The notes beneath the pieces are model-generated. The model was not told the origin of the DNA, ran no database searches, and worked only from the letters and a program-made list of their open reading frames with translations. Shown here one piece after another: positions 9,297 to 19,204 of a stretch of 64,000 nucleotides of DNA (its first letter is position 1; every line of letters starts with the position of its first letter). Origin of the DNA: Candidatus Dormiibacterota bacterium (GTDB taxonomy: Bacteria; Chloroflexota; Dormibacteria; Aeolococcales; Aeolococcaceae). The DNA is taken from NCBI GenBank assembly GCA_963751755.1, contig CAVVVH010000004.1, positions 5,822-69,821 of the forward strand, in the 5' to 3' direction. The translations under genes and the position numbers were made by a program.

Positions 9297-10228
9297 GCGA
9301 CGACCGCCGCCTCCAGCTCTCCCGCCGCGACCAGCGCGGATCGCACGTTGGCGCGATCCTCGTCGGAGATCGGCAGCAGCGGCTCGCGCACCGTGGCGCG
9401 TTCCAGGATGCCCTGCATCACCAAGGCCTCCTTCGAGCGCGCGCGGTAGTTGCGCACGGGCGGAGCGAACAGCGCGTTCATGAGCGGCGTGAGCCGATCC
9501 ATGATCCGCTTCGACTCAGCGAGGTCACCCGCCACGGCGGCGTCGACCATGGCTGCGAGCTGCGCGGTGGGCGCCGCACCGAAGCCGAGCAGCGCGCCGT
9601 CCGCGCCGAGCACAAAGGACTCGTAGATGAACGGGTCGTTCCCAGTGAGGATGGCGATGGGACGGCTCTGACCTCGGACGGCCGCCACCACCTCCACGTA
9701 CGTCTTGGCGTCGAACGACGCCTCCTTGATCGCCACCACCGGGGCGAGCTCACAGAGCCGCTCGAGGATGTCGGGAGCGAGGAGCACGCCGCCGAGCGAG
9801 GGCACGAGGTTGAACAGCACCAGTGGGATGTCGACCGCGTCACCGACGGCGGTGTGGTAGCGGATCACGACCTCCGGGTCGAGGGGCTGACCTTGGTACG
9901 CCGAGATTGGAAAAACGAGCAGGGCGGAGGCGCCGGCGTTGCGGTAGTCCTTGCCGTACGCCACCGCCTGTTGCGTGAACTGCGCGGGCAGACCGGCGAT
10001 CACGGGAACACGGTCACCGATCTCGTCAACGACGACCTCGATAACCCGCACTCGCTCCTCGTGGGAAAGGTGCGGCGCCTCCCCGGTGTCGACGTTGACC
10101 GCGACGCCGTGAATGGAGGTCTGCGCGATATGACGCATGTACCGACGGAGGGCCGGCTCGTCGATCTGCGCATCCTCGGTCATGGGCAGGATGGTGGCGG
10201 GGAAGAGCCCGCGGAAATCGATGTTCAC
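9293..10228 (-). CDS. DapA/DHDPS-family lyase (paralog 2, intact)
   Basis: ORF 9293..10228. MNIDFRGLFPATILPMTEDAQIDE...VAIKEASFD contains the family Schiff-base lysine region (IKE). Confidence 0.85.
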   Translation of the reverse strand: MNIDFRGLFPATILPMTEDAQIDEPALRRYMRHIAQTSIHGVAVNVDTGEAPHLSHEERVRVIEVVVDEIGDRVPVIAGLPAQFTQQAVAYGKDYRNAGASALLVFPISAYQGQPLDPEVVIRYHTAVGDAVDIPLVLFNLVPSLGGVLLAPDILERLCELAPVVAIKEASFDAKTYVEVVAAVRGQSRPIAILTGNDPFIYESFVLGADGALLGFGAAPTAQLAAMVDAAVAGDLAESKRIMDRLTPLMNALFAPPVRNYRARSKEALVMQGILERATVREPLLPISDEDRANVRSALVAAGELEAAVVA

Positions 10229-11256
10229 GTCGACTGTCCTCCTGGTCTGTCGGTGCTCGCACCCTCGTAGAGATCCCGTCCTGCGACGAGCGTTTTGATC
10301 TTGGCGTCGGCGATCGAGCGCGCCAGCATCCAGAAACCGCAGTCAGGGTGGACATAAGCGATGCGCGAGGCGTCTCCGAGGAGGGTCGCCGCGGATTCGA
10401 TGCGATGCGCGACCTCCGACGGCGACTCCACCACCGTCGTCTTGACGTCGATGACACCGATGCCCAGGCGTAGGCGAGGGTCGAGCTCGCGCAGGCGCTC
10501 GAGGTCCCCGTAGCCCGGTCGCGCCAGCTCCAGGACCACGTGGTCGGCATGGAGCAGCTCGAAGAAGCGCAGCAGCTGCGACCAGGTCCCCTGCTGCACC
10601 CTCTGGCCGCCGTAGTTGCCGAAACAGAGGTGGACCGCCGGGACGCCGGTCACCGCGTCCAGGATGCGGTTGATCGCCTCTGCGGCGAACTCGGCGTCCT
10701 CAGGCCGGCCCGGGAGGTTTGCCTCGTCCACCTGTACGACGGGAGCGTCGATGGCGCGCACCTGCTCGGCGAGCACGTCGGCGAGCGCGAGGGTGAGTGC
10801 GCGCAGGTCGCCGTAGTGGGTGTCAAGCAGCATCCGCGCCAGCATGTAGGGAGAGGTGAGCGTGAACTTGAGCGGGCGGGAGGTCAGCTCTGCCACGGTC
10901 TGGTACGCGCTGGGAAGATCGAGCGTGCCCGCGCCGACCGGGCCCTCGACGATCCCCGACGGACGACGGCGAAAGTCGAGGTGAGACTGCGAGCGGAACA
11001 GCTCGATGTCGTCTCGGGTGATTGCGGTGCGCACGCCCTCCATGGGCTGCACGAAGTACTCGATCATGCCGTTGGTTTCGGGGTGGTCGGGGTTGAACCT
11101 GTAGACCTCGCCGTCCGCGAGCAGGTCGATCCCGGCCTGCTCCTGGGTGTGCAGCACGACAGCGGCGGCGTCGCGCATCGCCTGCTCACCGGGACGGCCG
11201 ATCAGCCACTGCGGCGTCGGGTAGCTCCCGACGAGCGTCGTCAGGATGTGACTCAT
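10225..11256 (-). CDS. Cobalamin-independent methionine synthase (MetE C-terminal / UROD-like) family protein
   Basis: ORF 10225..11256. The N-terminus MSHILTTLVGSYPTPQWL and overall length match MetE catalytic-domain-only homologs. Confidence 0.7.
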   Translation of the reverse strand: MSHILTTLVGSYPTPQWLIGRPGEQAMRDAAAVVLHTQEQAGIDLLADGEVYRFNPDHPETNGMIEYFVQPMEGVRTAITRDDIELFRSQSHLDFRRRPSGIVEGPVGAGTLDLPSAYQTVAELTSRPLKFTLTSPYMLARMLLDTHYGDLRALTLALADVLAEQVRAIDAPVVQVDEANLPGRPEDAEFAAEAINRILDAVTGVPAVHLCFGNYGGQRVQQGTWSQLLRFFELLHADHVVLELARPGYGDLERLRELDPRLRLGIGVIDVKTTVVESPSEVAHRIESAATLLGDASRIAYVHPDCGFWMLARSIADAKIKTLVAGRDLYEGASTDRPGGQST

Positions 11257-11693
11257 CGCTCCTCCACGAACTGAACGAGGATGCCGCCTTCACGGCGAGG
11301 GTCCGCGAAGCCGACCAGCGTGCCGCGCGCCCCCGGGCGTGGCACGCCGTCGATCAGCTCCAGCCCGCGAGCCGGGCAGTCGAGCAGCGCCTCCGCCGCA
11401 TCGTCGACGCGCAGAGCGAGGTGGTGCACCCCCTCGCCGTGGTCGCGAAGGTACCGCGCGATGTCGCCCTCCTCGCTTTGCGGCTCGAGCAACTCCACCA
11501 TCGCCGACCCGGCGCCGAAGAACGCCACACGCAGGCCGGGGAACTGCTCGTCGCTGCGGAACGCGAGGCCGAGTTGGCCCTCGAAGTGCTCGCGCGATGC
11601 GTCGATGCTGCGCACCACCCAGCCGATGTGGTGCACCGTCCGCTGCCCGACGGGGCCGTGCACAGGGGGTGTCTCAGGTCGTGTTGACATCAT
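11253..11693 (-). CDS. VOC/glyoxalase-family protein (methylmalonyl-CoA epimerase-like)
   Basis: C-terminal 147 aa of ORF 11253..11900, starting at MMSTRPE. HHIGWVV...VELLEP...GEGVHHLALRV is typical of VOC metal-binding modules. Confidence 0.75.
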   Translation of the reverse strand: MMSTRPETPPVHGPVGQRTVHHIGWVVRSIDASREHFEGQLGLAFRSDEQFPGLRVAFFGAGSAMVELLEPQSEEGDIARYLRDHGEGVHHLALRVDDAAEALLDCPARGLELIDGVPRPGARGTLVGFADPRREGGILVQFVEER

Positions 11694-11713
11694 GTGGCGC
11701 TCGGCGGCACAGT

Positions 11714-12511
11714 ATGGCCGATGCGGATGGAAAGCGTTTGCCTTTCTCCGCCGCCTGGGCCGAGGAGGGGCCGGTGACAGCAGCAGACCATCCCTCTTTC
11801 TGCGGCGTTCATGCCACCTCGGCCGACGTGTCCGAGCGGGCCCCCACCTTCGCCGTGCTCCCGGTGGGCGCCCACGAGCAGCATGGCGCGCACCTGCCAT
11901 TGAGCACCGACACGATCGTGGCGTCGTGGGCAGGTGAGCAGGTCGGTCGCCGGCTCGGCGGCCTCCTGCTCCCGACGATCCCGTACGGGACCTCGTTCAC
12001 CCACCGCACGTTCGCCGGGACAGTGACGCTGGAATGGTCGACCCTCGCGGCGCTGGTCGGCGACATCGTTGCCAACTGCTACACCCATGGAGTGATGACC
12101 GTCTTCATCATGAGCGGCCATGGCGGCAACTTCATCCTCAACCCGTGCGTGCGTTCGATCAACGCGCGTCACCCGGAGGGTCAGACGGTGCTGGTCCCCG
12201 AGAACGTGTTCTTCGGAGAGTCGATGACAGCCGACGACTTCCATGCGGGGCGATGGGAGACGTCGCTGGGCATCGCGCTCGTCCCCGACGACGTGCGCAT
12301 GGACCGCGCCGTGGACTTCGTCCCCACCGGGATCAACCGCGCGGAGCTCACCAACCGGCCGATCTCGGACTTCACGCCCACCGGGGTATGGGGACGCGCC
12401 ACCGGAGCCACCCGGCAGGAAGGCGAACGTCTTCTCGCGGAGATGGCGGACCGGCTCGCTGCGTACGTGTCCGGCTGGGTGGATCGACTGGCACGGGAGC
12501 GCACCTCATGA
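11714..12511 (+). CDS. Creatininase-family amidohydrolase
   Basis: In ORF 11339..12511 from MADADGKR. FAVLPVGAHEQHGAHLPLSTD is the creatininase/MftE-type metal-binding motif. The true start may be further downstream. Confidence 0.75.
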   Translation: MADADGKRLPFSAAWAEEGPVTAADHPSFCGVHATSADVSERAPTFAVLPVGAHEQHGAHLPLSTDTIVASWAGEQVGRRLGGLLLPTIPYGTSFTHRTFAGTVTLEWSTLAALVGDIVANCYTHGVMTVFIMSGHGGNFILNPCVRSINARHPEGQTVLVPENVFFGESMTADDFHAGRWETSLGIALVPDDVRMDRAVDFVPTGINRAELTNRPISDFTPTGVWGRATGATRQEGERLLAEMADRLAAYVSGWVDRLARERTS

Positions 12512-12539
12512 CGGCGATGACGCTGATGGGGACCGCGCC

Positions 12540-13322
12540 GTGGGGTCGCTGAGCGGGCGCGTCGCGGTGGTGACGGGCGGCAACCAGGGCATCGGACTGG
12601 CGATCGCCAAGGCGATGGCGGCGGAGGGCGCGGCGCTGGCGATCTGCGCGCGGACGGAGAGCTCGCTGGAAACCGCCGCCGGAGAGATCCGCTCGAGCGG
12701 TGCCGAGTGCGTGACGGTGGCGTGCGACGTTGCCAGCCCGGAGTCCACCGACGCCATGGCGCGGCGCGTCGTCACCGCGCTGGGCGTTCCCGACGTGGTC
12801 GTGGCCAACGCCGGCATCGCCGGCGCGATCCGACCCTTGCACGAGCTCACCTACGAGGAGTGGCGAGAGTGTCTCGCCGTTGACCTGGACGGCGTGTACC
12901 TCACCTTCCGGGGCCTCATACCGGGAATGATCGAGCGCGGCAGCGGCAGACTCATCGCGCTCTCCTCGATGACTGGGAAGCGGCCGCTCCCGGACCGCAC
13001 GCCCTACGCCGCCGCCAAGATGGGGGTGATCGGCCTGGTGCGCAGCCTCGCCCTTGAGTTGGGGCCACACGGGATCACCGTGAACAGCGTCTGCCCGGGT
13101 GCCGTGGGCGGAGCGCGCCTCGCCCGCATCGCGGCGCAGCAGGCACAGGCGCTGGGCATCAGCGAGGAGGAGTCGATGCGCCGCTTCAGCGACCCGGCCG
13201 CGCTGAAGCGTCCCACGCGTCCGGAGGAAGTGGCTGCGGCGTGCGTGTTCCTCGCCTCCGACGCGGGGTCGGGAATCACCGGCGAGGACATGAATGTCAC
13301 CGCCGGCCTCGTCATGTATTAG
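12540..13322 (+). CDS. Short-chain dehydrogenase/reductase
   Basis: In ORF 12243..13322, GTG start at 12540. It has VTGGNQGIGLA and YAAAKMGV (YxxxK). Confidence 0.85.
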   Translation: MGSLSGRVAVVTGGNQGIGLAIAKAMAAEGAALAICARTESSLETAAGEIRSSGAECVTVACDVASPESTDAMARRVVTALGVPDVVVANAGIAGAIRPLHELTYEEWRECLAVDLDGVYLTFRGLIPGMIERGSGRLIALSSMTGKRPLPDRTPYAAAKMGVIGLVRSLALELGPHGITVNSVCPGAVGGARLARIAAQQAQALGISEEESMRRFSDPAALKRPTRPEEVAAACVFLASDAGSGITGEDMNVTAGLVMY

Positions 13323-13332
13323 TTTCGCCGGC

Positions 13333-14439
13333 ATGGCACAGGAAAAGGGGGTCGCGGTGTCCACTCCTGCGCGCCCCTCGGGGAGCCCGCGCCCGCCCAT
13401 CCTTTCGGACGTCGCAGCGGCGGCGCACGTCTCCATCACCACCGCCTCGCGCGCACTCGACCCCAACAGCGACCATCCCGTCAAGTCACGGACCCGCGAG
13501 CGCGTCCAGGCGGCCGCGGCGCGCCTCGCATATCACCCCAACCCGATGGCACGCGCCCTGCGTGCACGGCGGTCGCCGACGATCGCCGTGGTCGTGCACG
13601 ACGTCAGTGACCCGTACTTCGCGGAGATAGTCCGCGGCGCCACCCACGAGGCGTCCACGCACGGTTTCCTCACCGTCGTGTGCAACAGCGACAGGGACCC
13701 GTCGACGGAATTGCGCTACGTCCAGATGCTGTGTCTGAGCCGCGTTGCCGGCGTGCTGTTCGCGGGCGGGGGGCTCGAGGAGCCGGCGTACCGACGCGAG
13801 CTGCGCGGCTACACGAAGAGCATCGACGAGTACGGTGGCGCCATCGTGGCGCTCGCTCCGCGCGCGGAATCCTGGGCTGCGGAGATACCCGACAACCGAG
13901 GGGGGGCGCGGGCAGTCACCGAGCATCTGCTGTCGCTGGGTCATCGTTCGATCGCCATGGTCGGGGGCCCGCAGTTCATCCGCACCAGCCGCGAGCGGGA
14001 GATGGGCTACCGGGCGGCGATGGAGGCAGCCGGCGCCGAGCCGTGGATCACCACCGCGGACTTCAGCCGCTCTGGAGGGGCCGACGCCATGGCACGAGTG
14101 CTGGTCAGGCGAGAACGCCGCATCACGGCGGTCTTCGTGGCCACGGACAGCATGGCGCTCGGTGCGCTCAGCGAACTGCGTCGCCGCGGTATGCAGGTTC
14201 CCGACGACATCTCTGTGGCGGGCTTCGACGACATCCCCGGGCTCGACTTCGTGCATCCCAGTCTCACCACCGTGCGCGTCCCGATGGCCGAGATCGGCGC
14301 CGCCGGCGTCAGCAGGTTGTTCGCGCTCTTCGACGGCAAGCCGGGAAAGCCACGCACTCGTGTGCACCCGGTGGAGCTCGTGATCCGCGACAGCACCGCG
14401 CCGCCGCGCCCGCAGCGGGGTGGCCGGTCGCGGGCCTGA
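13333..14439 (+). CDS. LacI-family transcriptional regulator
   Basis: In ORF 13294..14439 from MAQEKG. It has the HTH LSDVAAAAHVSITTASRAL, then NPMARALR, then a periplasmic-binding-like effector domain. Confidence 0.9.
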   Translation: MAQEKGVAVSTPARPSGSPRPPILSDVAAAAHVSITTASRALDPNSDHPVKSRTRERVQAAAARLAYHPNPMARALRARRSPTIAVVVHDVSDPYFAEIVRGATHEASTHGFLTVVCNSDRDPSTELRYVQMLCLSRVAGVLFAGGGLEEPAYRRELRGYTKSIDEYGGAIVALAPRAESWAAEIPDNRGGARAVTEHLLSLGHRSIAMVGGPQFIRTSREREMGYRAAMEAAGAEPWITTADFSRSGGADAMARVLVRRERRITAVFVATDSMALGALSELRRRGMQVPDDISVAGFDDIPGLDFVHPSLTTVRVPMAEIGAAGVSRLFALFDGKPGKPRTRVHPVELVIRDSTAPPRPQRGGRSRA

Positions 14440-14467
14440 GCCGCCACGTCCGTGTCCGCTGGACGGC

Positions 14468-15235
14468 TCACCACCACGCATCGCCGGCGCTGATGCCACC
14501 GTCGACGAAGATCGTCTGGCCGGTGATGAAACCGACCGCGTCCGACGCCAGGAATGAGACCACCCCCGCGACGTCATCCGGCTCACCGAGGCGGCGCAGG
14601 GGCGTGGCGGCGACGGCCGCGGCGGCACGGTCGGGATGGGCCTCGATGTAAGGCGCGAGCAGCGGGGTGCGGACGATTCCCGGCCCCACCGCGTTGACCG
14701 AGACGCCCAGCGCTCCCCACTCGATGGCCAGGCTGCGCACCAGGCCGCTGAGCGCGGCCTTGGTCGCGGAGTACATGGCGCGTCGCTGCATGCCATGGAT
14801 CGCGGTAACCGAGCTCGTCACCACCACCCGGCCCCCCGGCTGCCGGGCCACCATCGGTACGAACACCTGGAGGGTCACGAAAGTGCCGTAGACGTTCGTG
14901 TCGACCATGGCTCGCACATCGGCGTCGGTCGTGTCGACCGCCTCGCTGCGCCGGGCGAGACCCGCGTTGGCGACGACGACGTGGACGCGCACGCCGGAGC
15001 GTTCGAGATCGTCGCGCACCCGCGCGAGCTGGTCGCGTCTGCCGACGTCCGCCTGGAAAAACAGCGGTGATCCGCCGACGTCCAGCAGTCTCTCCGCGTC
15101 CGCTGCCGGAGGCTCGCGCGCCACGATGACGAGCCGCGCCCCGTCGGCTGCGAGGCGGCGCGCGATCGCGAGACCGATGCCCGAGGTGCCGCCCGTCACG
15201 AGCGCGGTGCGTCCCGTCAGTGTCGGCACGGTCAT
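14468..15235 (-). CDS. Short-chain dehydrogenase/reductase (close paralog of 585..1340)
   Basis: ORF 14468..15235. It has TGGTSGIGLA and YSATKAAL. Its C-terminus is near-identical in pattern to the first SDR (...FITGQTIFVDGGISAGDAWW). Confidence 0.9.
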   Translation of the reverse strand: MTVPTLTGRTALVTGGTSGIGLAIARRLAADGARLVIVAREPPAADAERLLDVGGSPLFFQADVGRRDQLARVRDDLERSGVRVHVVVANAGLARRSEAVDTTDADVRAMVDTNVYGTFVTLQVFVPMVARQPGGRVVVTSSVTAIHGMQRRAMYSATKAALSGLVRSLAIEWGALGVSVNAVGPGIVRTPLLAPYIEAHPDRAAAAVAATPLRRLGEPDDVAGVVSFLASDAVGFITGQTIFVDGGISAGDAWW

Positions 15236-15651
15236 GTCCTTTCCTCGACTGCCCGCCAGGCGTGCCAGGCGGTCACCGTGAGCGTGATGACGGGGTCGAG
15301 CTCGGAGGGATCCGCGTACTGCGGGTAGCGCTCCAGGAGCATGCGCCGCGCCCTCGCCAACTGGTTACCGGCCGCGAGGCTGGCGCGCCCGTCGAGCCGC
15401 ACCCAGCAGAGCTCGGTCCAGTCCTCGCCCCACTCGTGCACCAGAAGTGCGACGCGGGGGTCCCGCATGATGTCCGTCACGCGGGCGAGCGCGCGCGTGC
15501 GCTTGGGCTTGGCGTCCACCGGGATGTGCACCGCGGATCCATCCACCGCGTACACGCAGGGCACCAATCGCGGGGAGCCGTCGCTGCGGAGCGTGGCCAG
15601 TGTCGCCACCCGGCCCCTGCCGAGGAGCACCCACGCCTCTGCCTGCTCCAT
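15232..15651 (-). CDS. PPOX-class (pyridoxamine 5-phosphate oxidase-like) probable F420-dependent enzyme
   Basis: ORF 15232..15651. The small split-barrel protein (VATLATLRSDGSPRLVPCVYAV...) lies directly downstream of cofE, which is the known context for the F420-associated PPOX subfamily. Confidence 0.7.
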   Translation of the reverse strand: MEQAEAWVLLGRGRVATLATLRSDGSPRLVPCVYAVDGSAVHIPVDAKPKRTRALARVTDIMRDPRVALLVHEWGEDWTELCWVRLDGRASLAAGNQLARARRMLLERYPQYADPSELDPVITLTVTAWHAWRAVEERT

Positions 15652-15666
15652 CGCGTCCTCGCAGGC

Positions 15667-16407
15667 TCAGAGGAACAGGTCGGTCGTTCGGTCGCGGATG
15701 AGGCGGTGGGCGTCGCCCTCACCGCTCACCTCGACCCCGCGACACAATGCCGCGGGAACGCGCTCCAGCTTCCCGAGGACCAGGTCGGCGGCGCTGGCGA
15801 TCTCGTCGGCGACGGCAACCATGGTGGAGGTCAGCTCGTACTGGTTGGGGTCGACCAGCCCGGTGAGGTCGCGCAGAGGGACGAGCCCGCTGGAGCCGAT
15901 GGCGGTGCCGACGATCCCGTCCCGGAGCGGGCGACCCATGGTGTCCGCAATGATGACCGCCAGCCGAGCGCTCGTGGCCTCCTCCAGATCGTGCCGCAGC
16001 CGGGCCGCGGATGCGTCCGGGTCACGGGGCAGGAGGACGACGCTGTCGGGGCGCGGGGCATTCGATCGGTCCACCCCTGCGCTGGCGCAGACGAAACCGT
16101 GGCGGGTCTCGGTGATGAGCAGGGGGCCGCGGTGACGCACGATGCGCACGCTCTCCCGCAGGATCACCTCGACGACACGCGGATCGCTGTGTGTGCCGGC
16201 GAGCTCGAGGGCTCTGGCGCTCGGTTCCACCGTGGCCAGATCAACGACCTGCCCCTCGGCCTTGCTGACCGCCTTGTGCGTCACCACGATGACATCGCCA
16301 TCTTGCATGTCGGGCGCGGCCGCGCGGAGAAGGTCGGCGAGGTCGTCGCCGGCCTCGATCTCCGCGTCGAAATGGATGGGGAAGATCTGGACCGGCGTCG
16401 GCGCCAC
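15667..16407 (-). CDS. cofE: Coenzyme F420-0:L-glutamate ligase (CofE / FbiB N-terminal domain type)
   Basis: In ORF 15667..16488, GTG at 16407. GDDLADLL...GDVIVVTHKAVSKAEG...ITETRHGFVCASAGVDRSN...IADTMGRPLRDG are CofE family blocks. Confidence 0.8.
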   Translation of the reverse strand: MAPTPVQIFPIHFDAEIEAGDDLADLLRAAAPDMQDGDVIVVTHKAVSKAEGQVVDLATVEPSARALELAGTHSDPRVVEVILRESVRIVRHRGPLLITETRHGFVCASAGVDRSNAPRPDSVVLLPRDPDASAARLRHDLEEATSARLAVIIADTMGRPLRDGIVGTAIGSSGLVPLRDLTGLVDPNQYELTSTMVAVADEIASAADLVLGKLERVPAALCRGVEVSGEGDAHRLIRDRTTDLFL

Positions 16408-16561
16408 GCCGGCGCGCGGATTCGGCTGCACCGAGCGACTGTAGCTACCCCGGCGCCGCCGGCGACGCCGATGGCAATCGTTTCCCACTGCGGCTCGGGT
16501 GCGGGGGGACGTATGCCATCATGGCTGCCAGTACCCTGGAGGCGGCTGCGGAGGACAAGCC

Positions 16562-18100
16562 ATGGCGTTGGAGTTGCAACAGGCGGACCAGGCCTCGCAG
16601 GCAGCGCCCAAGAGGATCAGCCACTGGATCGGCGGTGCCTCCGACACCACGACAACTCCCGAGCGCCACGGCGAGGTCTTCAACCCCGCCACCGGCGCAG
16701 TGACCGGGTACGTCGACCTTGCGACGGCCACCGACGTCGACCGCGCGGTCCATGTCGCCACTGAGGCGGTCAGCGCCTGGCGCGAGACATCGCTGGTGCG
16801 CCGCGCCCGTGTCATGTTCGCCTTCCGCGAGCTCGTCGATCGCCACCTCGGCGACATCGCGGCGCTCATCACCGCCGAGCACGGCAAGGTGGCCACCGAC
16901 GCCCGCGGCGAGGTTGCACGCGGGCTCGAGGTCGTCGACTTCGCATGCGGCATCCCGCATCTCCTCAAGGGCGCCTTCTCAGAGAACGTCTCGACGGCTG
17001 TCGACGCCTACTCCATCCACCAGCCGCTGGGCGTGGTCGCCGGCATCACGCCCTTCAACTTCCCGGCCATGGTGCCGATGTGGATGTTCCCGGTCGCCAT
17101 CGCATGCGGCAACACGTTCATCCTCAAGCCCTCGGAGAAGGACCCGTCGGCCTCTCACCTGATCGCCGAGCTCTGGGCCGAGGCGGGCCTGCCCAGTGGG
17201 GTCTTCAATGTCGTGCACGGTGACAAGGTCGCCGTCGATGCGATCCTGCACCACCCCGGCATCGCGGCGGTCAGCTTCGTCGGCTCCACCCCCGTGGCGC
17301 GCTACGTCTACGAGCAGGCGACGCAACATGGCAAGCGCGTGCAGGCGCTGGGCGGCGCCAAGAACCACGCGGTCGTCCTCCCCGACGCAGACCTCGACGC
17401 CGCGGCGGACGCGCTCGCCGGGGCGGCGTTCGGGTCAGCCGGCGAGCGCTGCATGGCGATCTCCGCCGTCGTGGCGGTCGGCGCCGCCGGCGACGGGCTC
17501 GTCGAGCGCATCGCCGAGCGCGCCCGCAGCCTCACCGTCGGACCAGGCACCGACGACGCCTCGGAGATGGGACCACTCGTCACCCGCGCCCACCGCGACC
17601 GGGTGGCGTCGTACATCGACGCCGGCGTCGACAGTGGTGCCACCCTCGTGGTCGACGGCCGCACCGGCGCGGTGCCGCCGAGCGACGGCTTCTGGCTGGG
17701 ACCCACGTTGTTCGACAACGTCGGTTCGGGCATGTCCATCTACCGCGACGAGATCTTCGGGCCGGTGCTCTCGGTGCTGCGCGTCGACACCTTCGAGGAG
17801 GCGCTCGCCATCGTCAACCGTAACCCGTACGGCAACGGCACCGCCATCTTCACCACCGACGGCCGCGCCGCCAGGCGCTTCCAGCACGAGGTCACGGTCG
17901 GCATGGTGGGCATCAACGTCCCCATCCCGGTGCCGATGGCGTTCTACTCGTTCGGGGGCTGGAAGGAATCGCTCTTCGGCGACAGTCACGTGCACGGCGT
18001 TCACGGCGTCCACTTCTACACGCGCACCAAGTCGGTGACCAGCAGTTGGCCGGCGCCCGGGCCGGGCAGCCGGGACTACGGGTTCCCGGTCAACCGGTAG
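16562..18100 (+). CDS. mmsA: Methylmalonate-semialdehyde dehydrogenase (CoA-acylating)
   Basis: In ORF 16499..18100 from MALELQQ. FNFPAMVPMWMFPVAIACGNTFILKPSEKDP and GSAGERCMA are aldehyde dehydrogenase/MmsA motifs. Confidence 0.85.
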   Translation: MALELQQADQASQAAPKRISHWIGGASDTTTTPERHGEVFNPATGAVTGYVDLATATDVDRAVHVATEAVSAWRETSLVRRARVMFAFRELVDRHLGDIAALITAEHGKVATDARGEVARGLEVVDFACGIPHLLKGAFSENVSTAVDAYSIHQPLGVVAGITPFNFPAMVPMWMFPVAIACGNTFILKPSEKDPSASHLIAELWAEAGLPSGVFNVVHGDKVAVDAILHHPGIAAVSFVGSTPVARYVYEQATQHGKRVQALGGAKNHAVVLPDADLDAAADALAGAAFGSAGERCMAISAVVAVGAAGDGLVERIAERARSLTVGPGTDDASEMGPLVTRAHRDRVASYIDAGVDSGATLVVDGRTGAVPPSDGFWLGPTLFDNVGSGMSIYRDEIFGPVLSVLRVDTFEEALAIVNRNPYGNGTAIFTTDGRAARRFQHEVTVGMVGINVPIPVPMAFYSFGGWKESLFGDSHVHGVHGVHFYTRTKSVTSSWPAPGPGSRDYGFPVNR

Positions 18101-19097
18101 GCACAGCGGTGCGCAGCTGCGGCAGGATCTCCTCGGAGTAGGTGCGCAGGAACCGCTCCTGGTCGGTGCCGGGAGCGTGAAACACCAGGTGACGGAAGCC
18201 CAGGTCGATGTAGCGCTGGACCGCGCCGACGTGCTCGGCCACGTCGGATGAGACGATCCACCGGCTTGCCGACCGCTCGGCGCTCAGGGCGTCGGCGCGG
18301 CGCTCCATCTCGAGCGGGTCCTCGACGCCGGTCTTCTCCTCTGGCGAGAGCGCCAGCGCGGCCCAGTGCCGGGTGTCCTCCATTGCGCGGGCGCGGTCGG
18401 CGTCGAACGACACCTTCACCTCGATCATCATGTCGAGCTCACTCGGCGAGCGCTCAGCCCGCTGCGCTCCTTCGGCGACGGCGGGCAGCAGCGTGTCCGT
18501 GTACAGCTCCGGCGCCTTTCCGCTGGTGCAGATGAACCCGTCGGCGACGCGACCGGCCAGACGCGCCGCGGCCGGCCCGGAGGCGGCGATGTAGAGCGGA
18601 ACCGGTCGCTCTGGACGGTCGTAGATCGTGGCGTTGGCGGTTCGGTAGTACGTCCCCGCGAACGTGACACGCTCCTCCCGCCAGAGTCGCTGAATGAGCT
18701 CGACGGCCTCCTTGAGCCGCGCGAACCGTTCCTTCTGGTCCGGCCACTCCATGCCGAGCGGCACCTCGTTCATCGATTCACCGGTACCCACGCCCAGGAC
18801 GACCCGCTCCGGGAACAGGCAGCCCAGGGTGGCGAATGCCTGGGCAACCACCGCTGGGTGGTAGCGGAACGTCGGAGTGAGCACGCTGGTGCCGAGCAAC
18901 ACGCGCTCCGTGCTGGCGCCGAGCGCTCCCAGCCATGCAAGCGCGAAGGGTGCGTGGCCGCCGTTGTGGCGCCAGGGCTGGAGATGGTCACTGACGAACA
19001 CGGAGTTGAAACCCACCTCCCCGGCGAGCACGCTGAATTGCAGCAACGTCCTGGGGTCGAACTGCTCGGCACTGGCCTTGTAGCCGAAACGGAGCAT
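18090..19097 (-). CDS. fgd: F420-dependent glucose-6-phosphate dehydrogenase
   Basis: In ORF 18090..19178 from MLRFGYKASAEQF. SDHLQPWRHNGGHAPF...GTSVLTPTFRYHPAVVAQAFATLGCL closely follows the Fgd signature. Confidence 0.85.
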   Translation of the reverse strand: MLRFGYKASAEQFDPRTLLQFSVLAGEVGFNSVFVSDHLQPWRHNGGHAPFALAWLGALGASTERVLLGTSVLTPTFRYHPAVVAQAFATLGCLFPERVVLGVGTGESMNEVPLGMEWPDQKERFARLKEAVELIQRLWREERVTFAGTYYRTANATIYDRPERPVPLYIAASGPAAARLAGRVADGFICTSGKAPELYTDTLLPAVAEGAQRAERSPSELDMMIEVKVSFDADRARAMEDTRHWAALALSPEEKTGVEDPLEMERRADALSAERSASRWIVSSDVAEHVGAVQRYIDLGFRHLVFHAPGTDQERFLRTYSEEILPQLRTAVPTG

Positions 19098-19204
19098 TGG
19101 GTTCTCTCCAGGAAGACCGGTTGCCGGCCCGACGGCAAAGGATTGCCACAAGGATACCTTCGCCAGGTCGCCGCGCACCCGCCGTCTGGCATCATCCCCC
19201 GCTG

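Noticed and set aside
11693-11714. The 20-nt divergent gap between the VOC and creatininase-family genes might be a shared bidirectional promoter.
   Set aside because: It is too short to hold two promoters. More likely the creatininase start is further downstream or one start call is wrong, and this cannot be resolved from sequence alone.
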